DNA from: a virus
IMG/VR virus record: IMGVR_UViG_3300012944_000025
Location: 1 to 64,000 of that record
Reading direction: 5' to 3' (one strand)
DNA length: 64,000 nt
Under the pieces are notes generated by a model. The model was given only the letters and a program-made list of their open reading frames with translations. It searched no databases and had not been told where the DNA came from. Below are positions 16,710-26,019 of this stretch, in pieces (positions within the stretch are counted from its first letter, which is position 1; each line of letters opens with the position of its first letter). Both the position numbers and the translations under genes were made by a program.

Positions 16710-18022
16710 GGCGCCGACGTTCTCATCGGCCCGAGGTTGATCGGGGGTTCAACCTGAGACACGTAGCGCGCCCGGCGGGCGACGTCGCAGCAAGATGCCA
16801 CGAACGTGCTGGTGTGCTCATTCGAGTACGTGATCGCCAGACGCTCGGCTAGCTCGGGGTCCTCGACGATGCGGCGAGCCAGGGTCGCGCGGCTTGCGTG
16901 GTCGAGTGGTCCGAAGTGAACCACCTGGTCGATGCGCCCCTTGCGCGCCTTGATCGCGGGGTCGACCTTCTCGAGGTGGTTGGTGGTCACCACCAGCAGC
17001 ACGCCGTCGTGGCGCTCGATGCCGTCGATGGCATTGAGCAGCGCGTTGAACGTGAGCCCGCCCGACGTCAGCATCCCTGACGGCGGCGCGACGTTCTTGT
17101 CGCCGTTGAACACCCGGTCGATGTCCTCGATCAGGGCCATGCACGGCGCGTCGGTGGCCATCTGCAGCCACGCGTTCCGCAAGTCCTCGTTGTTCATGGT
17201 CGCGAGGTCGAAGACGTGAACCGGCAGGTCCAGCTCGACGGCGACACAGCGCGCGTGGCTGGTCTTGCCGCTGCCCGGGGCGCCCTCGTAGAGGAACCCA
17301 GCCCTCCACGGGATGCCGCGCCGGACGCACCATACGCGATCGGCGAACCATCGACGAATCGCCTCGGTGGCGCCTCGGACCGTGGTGGTCATGACCATGT
17401 CGTCGAGGCCTTCGAGGGTCGGCCGCGGCTCGATGTCCTCCGGGTCGTGGCACAGCAGGCGTCGGGCACTGCCTCGCACGGTGAGGTTCGATGATCCGCT
17501 TATCGCCTTCGGCGCTCGACCACCCTCGCGATCCATCGACAAGGACCGACCGTGATGGTGGGTGACGTGGTGCCGCTGGCGCACCTGACGAAGGTCCTCG
17601 CTCGCCCACGCGCACGCGTCGATGATCAGGCGCTCGGGATCGAGCATGCTGCGTAGCACCGAGAGGCGAAACGACATGTGGCCATCCAGGAGCGGCTTGT
17701 CCGCCTTGGTCACCCAGACTGGGCGTCGACGAAACCAGAACATGCTCGAGGCCCGGTCCTGCTCCTCGTAGGGTACGATCTCGCTGTGCCCGTGGGCGCG
17801 CATGTACTGGGTCTGCGCCGCGTACGCGCGCGGCCCGCCCCCACGCCTGCCCTGCGCGTGCAGGTACGACGTGACCGCCCGGACGACGTCATTCTCGATC
17901 CAGACGCTGACGACGGCGAACCCGCGGATCCAGGCGAGGATGGCCCTGACGTAGCCCGTAGCCGCGGCCACGAACCCGACCAGCACGGCGACGCCGCCGA
18001 GGATGGTGTCTCGCTGGGTCAC
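16706..18022 (-). CDS. BCS1-like AAA+ ATPase with N-terminal TM segment
   Basis: GIPWRAGFLYEGAPGSGKTS (Walker A), LIEDID (Walker B), LTFNALLNAIDG, TTNHLEKVDPA..GRID. Confidence 0.85.
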   Translation of the reverse strand: MTQRDTILGGVAVLVGFVAAATGYVRAILAWIRGFAVVSVWIENDVVRAVTSYLHAQGRRGGGPRAYAAQTQYMRAHGHSEIVPYEEQDRASSMFWFRRRPVWVTKADKPLLDGHMSFRLSVLRSMLDPERLIIDACAWASEDLRQVRQRHHVTHHHGRSLSMDREGGRAPKAISGSSNLTVRGSARRLLCHDPEDIEPRPTLEGLDDMVMTTTVRGATEAIRRWFADRVWCVRRGIPWRAGFLYEGAPGSGKTSHARCVAVELDLPVHVFDLATMNNEDLRNAWLQMATDAPCMALIEDIDRVFNGDKNVAPPSGMLTSGGLTFNALLNAIDGIERHDGVLLVVTTNHLEKVDPAIKARKGRIDQVVHFGPLDHASRATLARRIVEDPELAERLAITYSNEHTSTFVASCCDVARRARYVSQVEPPINLGPMRTSAP

Positions 18023-18378
18023 AGACGGACCTCGATCCACGCGTCCTGGAACGCAGACCACTCCTCGTCGCCGTCGTCATCGATTACCCCGGTTAACGCG
18101 ATGGGTTCGAGGCTGGCGAGCGGGAAGACGCGGAAGATGGTGGGAGGTACGCAGCCGAAGTCCTTGCGTTGTTTGGCGTATGCGCGTGCCGCGTCCTCCT
18201 GCGTAGTTGCTCCAACGATCATGCGGAAGGGGTTGTTGTTGTCGTCGTGATCGCGGCAACCGCCGTTAACCAGCCATACGCGCGCGGAGCGAGATGCATC
18301 AAGAGGGACGTCCACCTCGATGACCTTGTGTTTGTTGTTCTCATACACGCCTTGATGACCTTTAACGATGATGTTCAT
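18019..18378 (-). CDS. Hypothetical protein
   Basis: MNIIVKGHQG...; lower-GC segment. Confidence 0.55.
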   Translation of the reverse strand: MNIIVKGHQGVYENNKHKVIEVDVPLDASRSARVWLVNGGCRDHDDNNNPFRMIVGATTQEDAARAYAKQRKDFGCVPPTIFRVFPLASLEPIALTGVIDDDGDEEWSAFQDAWIEVRL

Positions 18379-18428
18379 GATTTCTCTCTTTCTTTTTTCG
18401 TTGTATGGTTCGTGACCGGAGGTCCCAC

Positions 18429-18902
18429 GTGAGAAAACTTTTCCGGATGAAGTACGAGTCGTGCAACGGGCAATGCTACAGCCATGACGACGTGGTTCAG
18501 ATCCACGATTTGGGGCTGGATGCTGTAGGAGCCGCGGAGTTCTTGCGGCGCCTGCTCGCGATGCACGAGCCAAGCTGCGGCAACCCCAACATCTCGTTTA
18601 GCCTCGACGTCGAGGACAATCTGTCCGACCAGCGGTCGTTGTACGTCGCGGCGATGCAACGCTATGGCGCATTGGATTTGCATGTAGATGTCACACCGCT
18701 AGGCGCCATGAACAAGCTGATTGATGGCGCGCTAGCCTGGTACGGTAGCGTCGAATACCAGGTTATCGCCTCGCAGGCGCCCGGCGCCGGTCGCGCCGTT
18801 TGCCTCCACGGGGAGGAGACCGCGCTGGTGGAGTTTGCGATCGCGCGCTCGGGGCTTCCGCCGCAGGAGCAGCAGGCTCTTCGGGCCCAGTTCGCGAGCT
18901 GA
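18429..18902 (+). CDS. Hypothetical protein
   Basis: GGAGG then GTG start; open frame to 18902. Confidence 0.55.
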   Translation: MRKLFRMKYESCNGQCYSHDDVVQIHDLGLDAVGAAEFLRRLLAMHEPSCGNPNISFSLDVEDNLSDQRSLYVAAMQRYGALDLHVDVTPLGAMNKLIDGALAWYGSVEYQVIASQAPGAGRAVCLHGEETALVEFAIARSGLPPQEQQALRAQFAS

Positions 18903-19166
18903 CCATCGCCGTCGTGATTGCCATCTTCAATGCACTAAGGGCGCGTAGCGTGGCTCGAGGGTCCACGAGACGCACCTTGATTTGACCATCTAACACCTGA
19001 CAAACCGCGGCGAGCAGGTCATCTTCGTCGGGTCCGTTCGGCGTGTTCCAGCCCGAGATGTCCCGGAGCGCGATGGCGACTCGGAGCCTTGGCAAGCGCG
19101 CCTGCCCAAGGGTCACGTCGATCACAGTTGCGACTGGGACCGCTGCAGAAGGATGGTCGTTGGCGC

Positions 19167-19379
19167 TCACAACATCACGCAGCGCCATGCGTTCGCGTTC
19201 TTCTCCAGTCGGCAGATCCACGTCTGGCTCCGCCACCGGCATTCCTTGAAGGGGACGTCTGCGGCGCTTCCGTCGAACAAGTTGGGCGCTGCGCGGTCGA
19301 CGCACGCACCAGACATCGGTGCAGGCTCGCCTACGCCACAAGATGCGAGCAGAACGCAAACCAGGGTCATTTTTGCCAT
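19167..19379 (-). CDS. Small Cys-rich putative lipoprotein
   Basis: MAKMTLVCVLLASC lipobox-like; AAGGAG upstream. Confidence 0.6.
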   Translation of the reverse strand: MAKMTLVCVLLASCGVGEPAPMSGACVDRAAPNLFDGSAADVPFKECRWRSQTWICRLEKNANAWRCVML

Positions 19380-19427
19380 GTCGTAATTCTCCTTCGGGTT
19401 GGATCGAGTTCGATATACCTTGGTGAC

Positions 19428-20927
19428 ATGTGCAACTATTTTCTCATCTTTGTATTTCTGGTGTCGGCCTGCACCGCGCGGCAACCATCCGTTCCCGTCG
19501 AACAGATCACACCTCGAACCGCGGCGGTTGCGTTGACGCAAGCCCCGTGCACTCGACTACCCTCCGAGTTCGGCGCATTGCCAAGCGATGGCGTAGACGA
19601 TCGCGTCGCGCTCCAGGCTTGGCTCAACGCCTGTGCAGGTCTTCGCGCGCAGCTGACAACCGGAACCTGGGACGTGGTGACTCCAATCGTTCCACGCGCG
19701 ATAACTATGTTGACGGTGCCTGCAGGCACGATGCTCGAGGGTTTCGGCTTGGACGTTGTGCTCCGATTCTCCGGCGACAACGGCAAGCGTGACTGGACAG
19801 GTCTCCTGCCTGGTGGTGATGGCGTGAGCATGTCTCGCATGCGGTTCGAGACCGCGTTCACGGCGGGAACCACGGTGGAACAAACCCACGTTGTCCGCGT
19901 GATCGGCCAACTTCGAGGGTTTCACCTGTCGCACTTTACGTGCGATCACCTCCCCGAGGGGTCCAAAAGCGGGGATTGCATTCAGCTTGTGGGGTACTCA
20001 CCTGATCGACTGATGTACGATATCGAAATCGACCACGGAATTTTCCTCCGCAGCGGGCGAAGCGGCATCGGCCTGCACTCCGGCCTGCGAGGAACGCTCG
20101 CAGGAGAGCACATGACATCGAGATTCCATGACAACGTGTTTGTTTCGATGCGGACTCCGGATATCGATGGTGAGGGCTCCGGTGACGTAGTCGGTCTGGA
20201 AATAGACCACAACGAGCATCGGATGCCGGCTGTACCAGGGAGCGCGATCTCGATAGAAATCCAGGGAGCGACCAACGTGTGGATGCACGACATCGTGTCT
20301 CATGGTCGTGGGTTTGGCCTGTATGGATGCGACGGATGTCGTTTTGACCACAATACGGTGGAGCAAATCGTGCCGGGCGTTTCCACCGTCACGCTGTGGC
20401 AGACGGGGTCAGGAACATCGTTCTCCGACGAACGGTATTCACGAACCGATGATGCAGGTGCCCTCCCCGTTTTGCAGGTTTCGCACAGGATCGGCGCCCC
20501 CAGGGACGTGTCTGTGCGTGACAGCGTGATGACTCACCACGCCGGGCCGTCTGCGCTGCAGTTTGTCGGGATACAGGGTGTTGCGATCAGCGACATTGTG
20601 GTGACTTACGATGGGCCCCCCGGGGTCGCTGACGCCGTGTCGGTGATTGGGTCTGGTCAAGCCGGCGGAATCCTCTGCGACGGTGTCGCAGGGATTCGGT
20701 CTACGAATGTCGAAGTGTCCGATCTTAGTGCAGTAGGCCCTCATCGCGCCGTGGTCAAGACCAGCGGGTCGTACTGCGGGGTCGGATCGCTTTCGGTTCG
20801 CCGCACGAAGTCAACTCAGGCCGCGCAGGGCCTTCGGTGCGAAGGGGTGAGCACGGGTGCAGGTATCACGGGCCCCATTGTTCTCGCGGGCAACGCGATG
20901 CCCGTGAACGCTTGCGCTGGTTACTGA
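19428..20927 (+). CDS. Putative lipoprotein with right-handed beta-helix (pectate-lyase-like) domain
   Basis: MCNYFLIFVFLVSAC lipobox-like; FGALPSDGVDDRVALQAWLNA (pectate_lyase_3-type start); repetitive beta-strand pattern (GDCIQL, IDHN, FHDN). Confidence 0.75.
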   Translation: MCNYFLIFVFLVSACTARQPSVPVEQITPRTAAVALTQAPCTRLPSEFGALPSDGVDDRVALQAWLNACAGLRAQLTTGTWDVVTPIVPRAITMLTVPAGTMLEGFGLDVVLRFSGDNGKRDWTGLLPGGDGVSMSRMRFETAFTAGTTVEQTHVVRVIGQLRGFHLSHFTCDHLPEGSKSGDCIQLVGYSPDRLMYDIEIDHGIFLRSGRSGIGLHSGLRGTLAGEHMTSRFHDNVFVSMRTPDIDGEGSGDVVGLEIDHNEHRMPAVPGSAISIEIQGATNVWMHDIVSHGRGFGLYGCDGCRFDHNTVEQIVPGVSTVTLWQTGSGTSFSDERYSRTDDAGALPVLQVSHRIGAPRDVSVRDSVMTHHAGPSALQFVGIQGVAISDIVVTYDGPPGVADAVSVIGSGQAGGILCDGVAGIRSTNVEVSDLSAVGPHRAVVKTSGSYCGVGSLSVRRTKSTQAAQGLRCEGVSTGAGITGPIVLAGNAMPVNACAGY

Positions 20928-20944
20928 TGTTGACGAGATAAACA
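20928..20944. promoter_or_regulatory. 17-bp palindromic operator-like site
   Basis: TGTTGA-CGAGA-TAAACA, intergenic. Confidence 0.55.
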
Positions 20945-20966
20945 CCATGGGTTTAGGCTGTCGGTC

Positions 20967-21290
20967 ATGAGCCAAATCAACGACAAGGCCAAGACCGCGT
21001 TGTTCGCCTACGTGGGCGCGATTGCGAACGAGCAGGCGACCCGCGTGAACGCGCTGATGGAGAACGTCAAGCGCGCCTGCGAGGTCGGGGACGCGGCCGC
21101 CGCGCGAGAGGCCACGCGCCAGGCCGTGGAGGAGTTCATCACCCTCGGCAGGGCCGTGGATCACGCCAGCGCCACGCTGAGGCTGCCATCGCTGGGCTGG
21201 CAGCACGACCAGGGCGTGTCGAGGCCGCTCGACGGGCTCGAGGCCGACCTCGGGTCGGACCCCGCGACGTTGAAGATGAAGAGCACCTAG
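20967..21290 (+). CDS. Hypothetical helical protein
   Basis: 107-aa ORF downstream of a palindromic site. Confidence 0.6.
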   Translation: MSQINDKAKTALFAYVGAIANEQATRVNALMENVKRACEVGDAAAAREATRQAVEEFITLGRAVDHASATLRLPSLGWQHDQGVSRPLDGLEADLGSDPATLKMKST

Positions 21291-22720
21291 TCGGGCTCGA
21301 CGATCCGCCGGCTGACGACGCGCACCGTCCTCGCCTCGGTGTCCACCTCCACGACGTCGCCCTCGCCCCAGCGCTGGAGGGCCCGCTCCGCTCGAACCAC
21401 CGGGATGGCCTGCTCGCGGGCCACCTGCACGAGGTGGGCAACCTCGCCGCCCTCCTCGCTGATCACCGCGGCCGCGGCCTGCACTGCCCACAGGTATCTC
21501 GAATGCAGATTCGGGACGACCACCACGAGCCCTGGAGCGGGCGTCTTGCCCGGAAGACCGTGGACGACCACGCCCGTGACCCTGGCCCCGGTCACCAGGG
21601 TCGTGACCTTCTCCTCCTCGGCGCGCACGCGGTCCTCGAACTCATCCTGCAGTCGGCTGTGCAGGCGACCGGCGGCCTCGGCCTTTGCGCCGCCCCAGTA
21701 GAGGTCGCGGTCCAGAGGGTCGAATCCGCCACCGATCACCCAATCGGTGTGGTTTGGCTCGTCCAGCGCCATCTTCATGCCCGACGGACTGATCGTCCTC
21801 CACTCGGGAAGGAATTGGTCGTAGTACTTCAGTCTCGCAAAGGCCCAGCGCAAGAACGGCGCGCGGGGGACCATCGCCTTTCCCGCGGGAACCTCGCCAC
21901 GGGCCTCCCACGCCAGCTCGATCAGATCGTCACCCGCCTGCGCGAGGATGAGCGCGCGAAGGTCCGCGACGCGCCGCAGGCGGGACTCCTCCTCGGCCTT
22001 CTCCCGCGCCTCCTGCTCCTGCTCCGCGAGCTTGCGGCGCATGGCTTTCTCGTTGGGCTGGCGCGGCTTGGCGATCGAGTACCCCGGCGGCCAGCGCTCT
22101 GGGTCGTGCCCGTACGACGTCGAGTGCCCGCGCTTCTCGAGCGTGCGCCCGGCGGCCAGGTACTCCTCGAGCGCCTCCTGCGGCCGCGCCGGCGGCTGGT
22201 GCCAGTGCGGGCGCTCCACGCACGCGCGGAAGATGACCTCGCGCTCGAAGTGCGGGCTCTCGGGGTCCTTGTACGAGACGTGGTCGACGACGATCTCGTC
22301 CTTGCCGCAGTAGTGCCAACCGCGGTTCTTGATGCCTCGACCGCCGGGCGGCGTGTACGTCAGCATCCCGTGGTCGTTCTTGAGGTCCATCGGCCCGACG
22401 TCTTGCACGTACGCGACCGGCTGCCACCAGCGGTCTCGCAGGCGGATGCGCCCGGCGTGCAGCCACGCGATCCGCGTCTGGTACTTCCGGTGCGCCTTCG
22501 ACACCACTTGCATCGAGCGCTCGTCGCCCTCGAGCGCGGCCTTGCCGTCGCATAGCCGTTGCGCGATCTTGGGGATGGTGTCGTCGACCGCCGGGTCGCC
22601 GGAGCCGATGCTGGTCGCTAGGCGGTAGGCCGCGTCCGGTGCGTCGTCCAGCATGCGCGCCTGGATCAGCCGCGTGAACGCCTGGCCCGTGATGCGAAAG
22701 TGCGCGACTTCCGCGGTCAC
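21287..22720 (-). CDS. Protein with C-terminal PEP-utilising-enzyme mobile (phosphohistidine swivel) domain
   Basis: AAAVISEEGGEVAHLVQVAREQAIPVV...GDVVEVD resembles the GG.TSHAAI.ARE.GIP.V signature. Confidence 0.75.
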   Translation of the reverse strand: MTAEVAHFRITGQAFTRLIQARMLDDAPDAAYRLATSIGSGDPAVDDTIPKIAQRLCDGKAALEGDERSMQVVSKAHRKYQTRIAWLHAGRIRLRDRWWQPVAYVQDVGPMDLKNDHGMLTYTPPGGRGIKNRGWHYCGKDEIVVDHVSYKDPESPHFEREVIFRACVERPHWHQPPARPQEALEEYLAAGRTLEKRGHSTSYGHDPERWPPGYSIAKPRQPNEKAMRRKLAEQEQEAREKAEEESRLRRVADLRALILAQAGDDLIELAWEARGEVPAGKAMVPRAPFLRWAFARLKYYDQFLPEWRTISPSGMKMALDEPNHTDWVIGGGFDPLDRDLYWGGAKAEAAGRLHSRLQDEFEDRVRAEEEKVTTLVTGARVTGVVVHGLPGKTPAPGLVVVVPNLHSRYLWAVQAAAAVISEEGGEVAHLVQVAREQAIPVVRAERALQRWGEGDVVEVDTEARTVRVVSRRIVEPD

Positions 22721-23073
22721 CGTACGCTCTCAGGCCATGGCGAGTCGTAGTTCTCGTCGGGGTGTCGCCGCTGAAGCAGCTGGCGGATCGCCTCGACCTC
22801 CTCTGGTGTGACCTTGTTCTTCTTGATCTGCTTCCGAAGCACCTCGGGATTCATACGCGCGTTCTCCGCTTGTCGAAGGCGCGTCGCGAGGTCCTTGACT
22901 TCGGCATCCACGTCACATGTCGAACTCAGCTCCATGACCTTCACGCCGCTCAGCTGAGCCGTCGACATCTGTCCGTCGTTGATCCGTTCGGCGAGCATCT
23001 CCACGGGCGTTCGCGTGACACCGTGGGTTCTTCTGCCATGAACGTCGTCGAACAACACGATGTATGTCGTCAT
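22717..23073 (-). CDS. Hypothetical protein
   Basis: MTTYIVLFDD...; coupled to neighbours. Confidence 0.6.
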   Translation of the reverse strand: MTTYIVLFDDVHGRRTHGVTRTPVEMLAERINDGQMSTAQLSGVKVMELSSTCDVDAEVKDLATRLRQAENARMNPEVLRKQIKKNKVTPEEVEAIRQLLQRRHPDENYDSPWPESVR

Positions 23074-23576
23074 ACTGTTCTCCCTGTGACGATCTCGACC
23101 CGCAGGCCGCGGAGCATGTCGAACAGCGCCGGGTTCGGTGGTGGGACATACTTGCCCTCGTCGACCACGAGATGCCGCGTATCTTTGGTCCGGCAGTGCG
23201 TGTGCGTGCACTTGGTCGCGCCCTCGAGCTGTTTCCAGCCGGGCAGGGGCACGCGGAACGCGCCGGGATCGTCGGCGGCGATGAACGCGTCGATCCAGAG
23301 CCGACCATCACTAGCCATGCGGAACACGACGCCCGCGAGTCCGATGCGGAACAGGACGGCTGTGTCGTGCTCGAAATCAGTGGCGCCATGGTTCTTGGCT
23401 TCGATCATCCACGACCCCCGCTGGTTAGAGCGCTCGGTGATGTTGACGTCGCCGGCGTAGATCCACGCGTGGCCCTTGTAGTCGGCGTGCACCGTGATGA
23501 TGGTCGACAGCTCCCTGCGGTCGTCCCGGCGGAAGTCGAGCACCTCCGGCGGCTTGAAGTCAGTCCTCTTCGTCAT
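23070..23576 (-). CDS. Hypothetical protein
   Basis: MTKRTDFKPP...; GGAGG upstream. Confidence 0.6.
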   Translation of the reverse strand: MTKRTDFKPPEVLDFRRDDRRELSTIITVHADYKGHAWIYAGDVNITERSNQRGSWMIEAKNHGATDFEHDTAVLFRIGLAGVVFRMASDGRLWIDAFIAADDPGAFRVPLPGWKQLEGATKCTHTHCRTKDTRHLVVDEGKYVPPPNPALFDMLRGLRVEIVTGRTV

Positions 23577-23756
23577 CCTCGTCCTCCTCTTCCTTGATTT
23601 CCTTCGCGCGCTTGATTGCTTCGTTGTTGAGCGCCTCACTGAACACCTCGTAGGCGCCGGGCGTGGCGAGGATCTGCGCGCCGCTCATCTCGTCGACAAG
23701 AATCTCGAGCGCCGCGTCGAACTCTTCGGTGGTCACTTCGTCTTTTTTGTCGTCGG

Positions 23757-23975
23757 TCACCAGGGCTCCTGTCGGGCCTGTCTCGTCAGGCAGGTCATGC
23801 AGTCAACCAGCGCGTCGTCTTCGATCCGAAAGCAGAATCGTCGCGACCCCTCTCCGTTCAAGCCCTTGTCGAAATGAACGCGCTGGTCGCAATACGTGCG
23901 CGCGTATCGGGCCTCGAGGGGCCGCCACTCCGGGTACGCGGCGTGCGTGACTCTGTCGTCGGTCCGCACGCGCAT
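23757..23975 (-). CDS. DCMxC zinc-finger family protein
   Basis: DRVTHA...TYCD...VDCMTCLT. Confidence 0.8.
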   Translation of the reverse strand: MRVRTDDRVTHAAYPEWRPLEARYARTYCDQRVHFDKGLNGEGSRRFCFRIEDDALVDCMTCLTRQARQEPW

Positions 23976-24012
23976 CGGAACGTACCGGATCGGTTCAGAC
24001 ACGCGGTGCGCG

Positions 24013-24417
24013 TCACCCGTAGACGATCTCCCCGAACAGCGCGCACTGCACGAGTACGTCCGCCGTAGTCGCGTCGCCGCTCTGCTCGATGATGTCCTTG
24101 AAGTGGTGCGGGTACTTGTCGGCGACGATCTGCAGCCCCGCCTTGAGCTTGTCGAGCGACAGCTCGTAGGTCTGGCCCTGCACGGCGCCGGCTTTCTCAT
24201 CGCTGATCTCGATGATCGTGTACTTCGCGGTGAAGTAGTTCCGCCAGCCCGGCTGGTGCTCGCCGACATCAATGCGTGCCCAGTAGTTGGACCCGCCCTC
24301 GATGGAAGTCGTCACCTGATCGTGAAACGTTCCCTCGCTGAGGGGGAAGGTCAGCGTCATCACGATGGGGTTGTTGTGAAACCCTAGGGATGCCTCGAGG
24401 TCCGTGTCTGTCGTCAA
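24013..24417 (-). CDS. Hypothetical phage protein
   Basis: IEGGSNYWA...DATTADVLVQCALFGEIVYG; start approximate. Confidence 0.65.
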   Translation of the reverse strand: MTTDTDLEASLGFHNNPIVMTLTFPLSEGTFHDQVTTSIEGGSNYWARIDVGEHQPGWRNYFTAKYTIIEISDEKAGAVQGQTYELSLDKLKAGLQIVADKYPHHFKDIIEQSGDATTADVLVQCALFGEIVYG

Positions 24418-24710
24418 TGGGTCATTCCTGTCTCCCAGCACCGACTGCCGGGCGTTACGCGATCGCCGCACTCCTCGCATTCGTAAGACTTGCCGCCGCC
24501 GGTGCCGCGCGGAGGCGCATCCTTCTTCTCGATAGCGGCCAGCCAAACCTTGTTGTCGGTCCAGATGACCTTCTTGACCGTCTCGGTCTTGATCTGGCCT
24601 GCCTTGGCGCCGGTCTTGACGGTGACCGAGACAGATTCTCCTTCCTTGATCACCTGGTCGCTTCGGATGCCCCAGTCACCGGACTTGAGCTTCGTGTACG
24701 AGATTGTCAT
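24414..24710 (-). CDS. Hypothetical protein with C-terminal zinc ribbon
   Basis: MTISYTKLKSGDWGIR...CEECG...CWETGMTH. Confidence 0.7.
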   Translation of the reverse strand: MTISYTKLKSGDWGIRSDQVIKEGESVSVTVKTGAKAGQIKTETVKKVIWTDNKVWLAAIEKKDAPPRGTGGGKSYECEECGDRVTPGSRCWETGMTH

Positions 24711-24737
24711 CGCGTTTCCTTTGTGTGATCGTTGGTC

Positions 24738-25490
24738 ATGTACATTCACGCTGACATGAGAGGGTCGGGGACTCTTCTGCTCGCGCTCGACGGCGTTCCC
24801 GTCGGGCTCGTGGTGGAGGCGGACACCTTGGAGGGTTGGGTCCGTCGGTTCGACACCCGGCAGCTCAACTACGACGTGCTGAGCGGGACCGTGATGGGCC
24901 CAACGACGAAGGGACCGCCTCCGACCGGCAGCGTCGCCGACCTGGGCGTCGAGGCCGTCAGCGACAGCCATGCTGAATACCGCCGCCGGGTCGCCGCGTG
25001 TCCGATCGTCCGCGTTGAGGGCAAAGTCGACTTCATCGGCGACACCGCCACGGATCCCGACTGGATGATCGCGCAGCGCCTGGCCGCGGTCCGCATCCGG
25101 CACGGTCTGTCCATCGACGTTTCGGTTGCGCACAGCACGGGCGGGATGATCGCCTCGGTGCTGGAGCGCCTGGCCGCGCAGCTGCGCACGGGGGCCCTGG
25201 TGGCGACCAACGTCGGTCAGAACAGGACGATTGACAGGTTTCCGATCCCCGACGACAAGTGGCGATTCCAGCCGACGGGCCGCATGCGCGTGTCCGTGGA
25301 CTACGAGTCGCCCGATGCTGTCCGTGCGCACGAGGACGTGAAGACCGCCTGGTCCCGTGAGCACCCAGGTCTAGTCCCCGAGTACGTCAGGCGCTGCACC
25401 GAGGGCGAGGCCAAGATCGTGGAGGAGGTCGAGACGAACATCGACCACCGGGTTCGATCCGCCCGACTGCGCAGTCAGATCCAAAAGTAG
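24738..25490 (+). CDS. Hypothetical protein
   Basis: 250-aa ORF with GC3-rich codons, followed by a hairpin. Confidence 0.7.
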   Translation: MYIHADMRGSGTLLLALDGVPVGLVVEADTLEGWVRRFDTRQLNYDVLSGTVMGPTTKGPPPTGSVADLGVEAVSDSHAEYRRRVAACPIVRVEGKVDFIGDTATDPDWMIAQRLAAVRIRHGLSIDVSVAHSTGGMIASVLERLAAQLRTGALVATNVGQNRTIDRFPIPDDKWRFQPTGRMRVSVDYESPDAVRAHEDVKTAWSREHPGLVPEYVRRCTEGEAKIVEEVETNIDHRVRSARLRSQIQK

Positions 25491-25494
25491 AAAG

Positions 25495-25521
25495 GGGTCG
25501 CCCGTTTTCGGCGGGCGGCCC
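25495..25521. terminator. Hairpin between convergent genes (likely intrinsic terminator)
   Basis: GGGTCGCCCG-TTTTCGG-CGGGCGGCCC; followed by CTTTCT on the minus strand. Confidence 0.6.
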
Positions 25522-25529
25522 AGACCGAA

Positions 25530-25847
25530 CTACTTGTCCGCCGCGTCGCCGAACACCAGCTCGATCGTGGTCGGCGCGCTGGTCGTCACGGTGAGGTCGC
25601 CTCGCCCGATGATGGGGCGGCCGTCCGCGGTCGTGCCGTTGACCGTGATCTGCGCGTCACCCAGCTTGCCGGTCGTCGCGACGTCGGCGTTGCTGCCGTC
25701 GGTGCTCACCGACACGGTGACGATCGTGTCGTCCGAGGTGGTCCACACCGGCGGGGTGGGGAAGTCGAACGGGACAGTGTTGCCGGCGGCGTCCTTTTCG
25801 GCGAGGGTGACGGAGACGTGCTGGATGTCGGTGATGGTCTTGGCCAT
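25530..25847 (-). CDS. Ig-like (Big-type) domain protein
   Basis: VWTTSDDTIVTV...ATTGKLGDAQITV; Thr/Val-rich beta pattern. Confidence 0.6.
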   Translation of the reverse strand: MAKTITDIQHVSVTLAEKDAAGNTVPFDFPTPPVWTTSDDTIVTVSVSTDGSNADVATTGKLGDAQITVNGTTADGRPIIGRGDLTVTTSAPTTIELVFGDAADK

Positions 25848-26019
25848 GTTCGGTGTTCCTTGCGGTAGGTTGGTGCGGGTCTTCGGCAGCCCGAAGACCA
25901 GCAGGACCTCGCCGGGAACCAACGACAGCAACAACTTTACGTTGCGGTCGAGGCGCTCGAGTATGGTCCGCTTGGTCTCGGTCATCGCGGGGAACCTACC
26001 AGCACAGAGCGTCCTAGCG

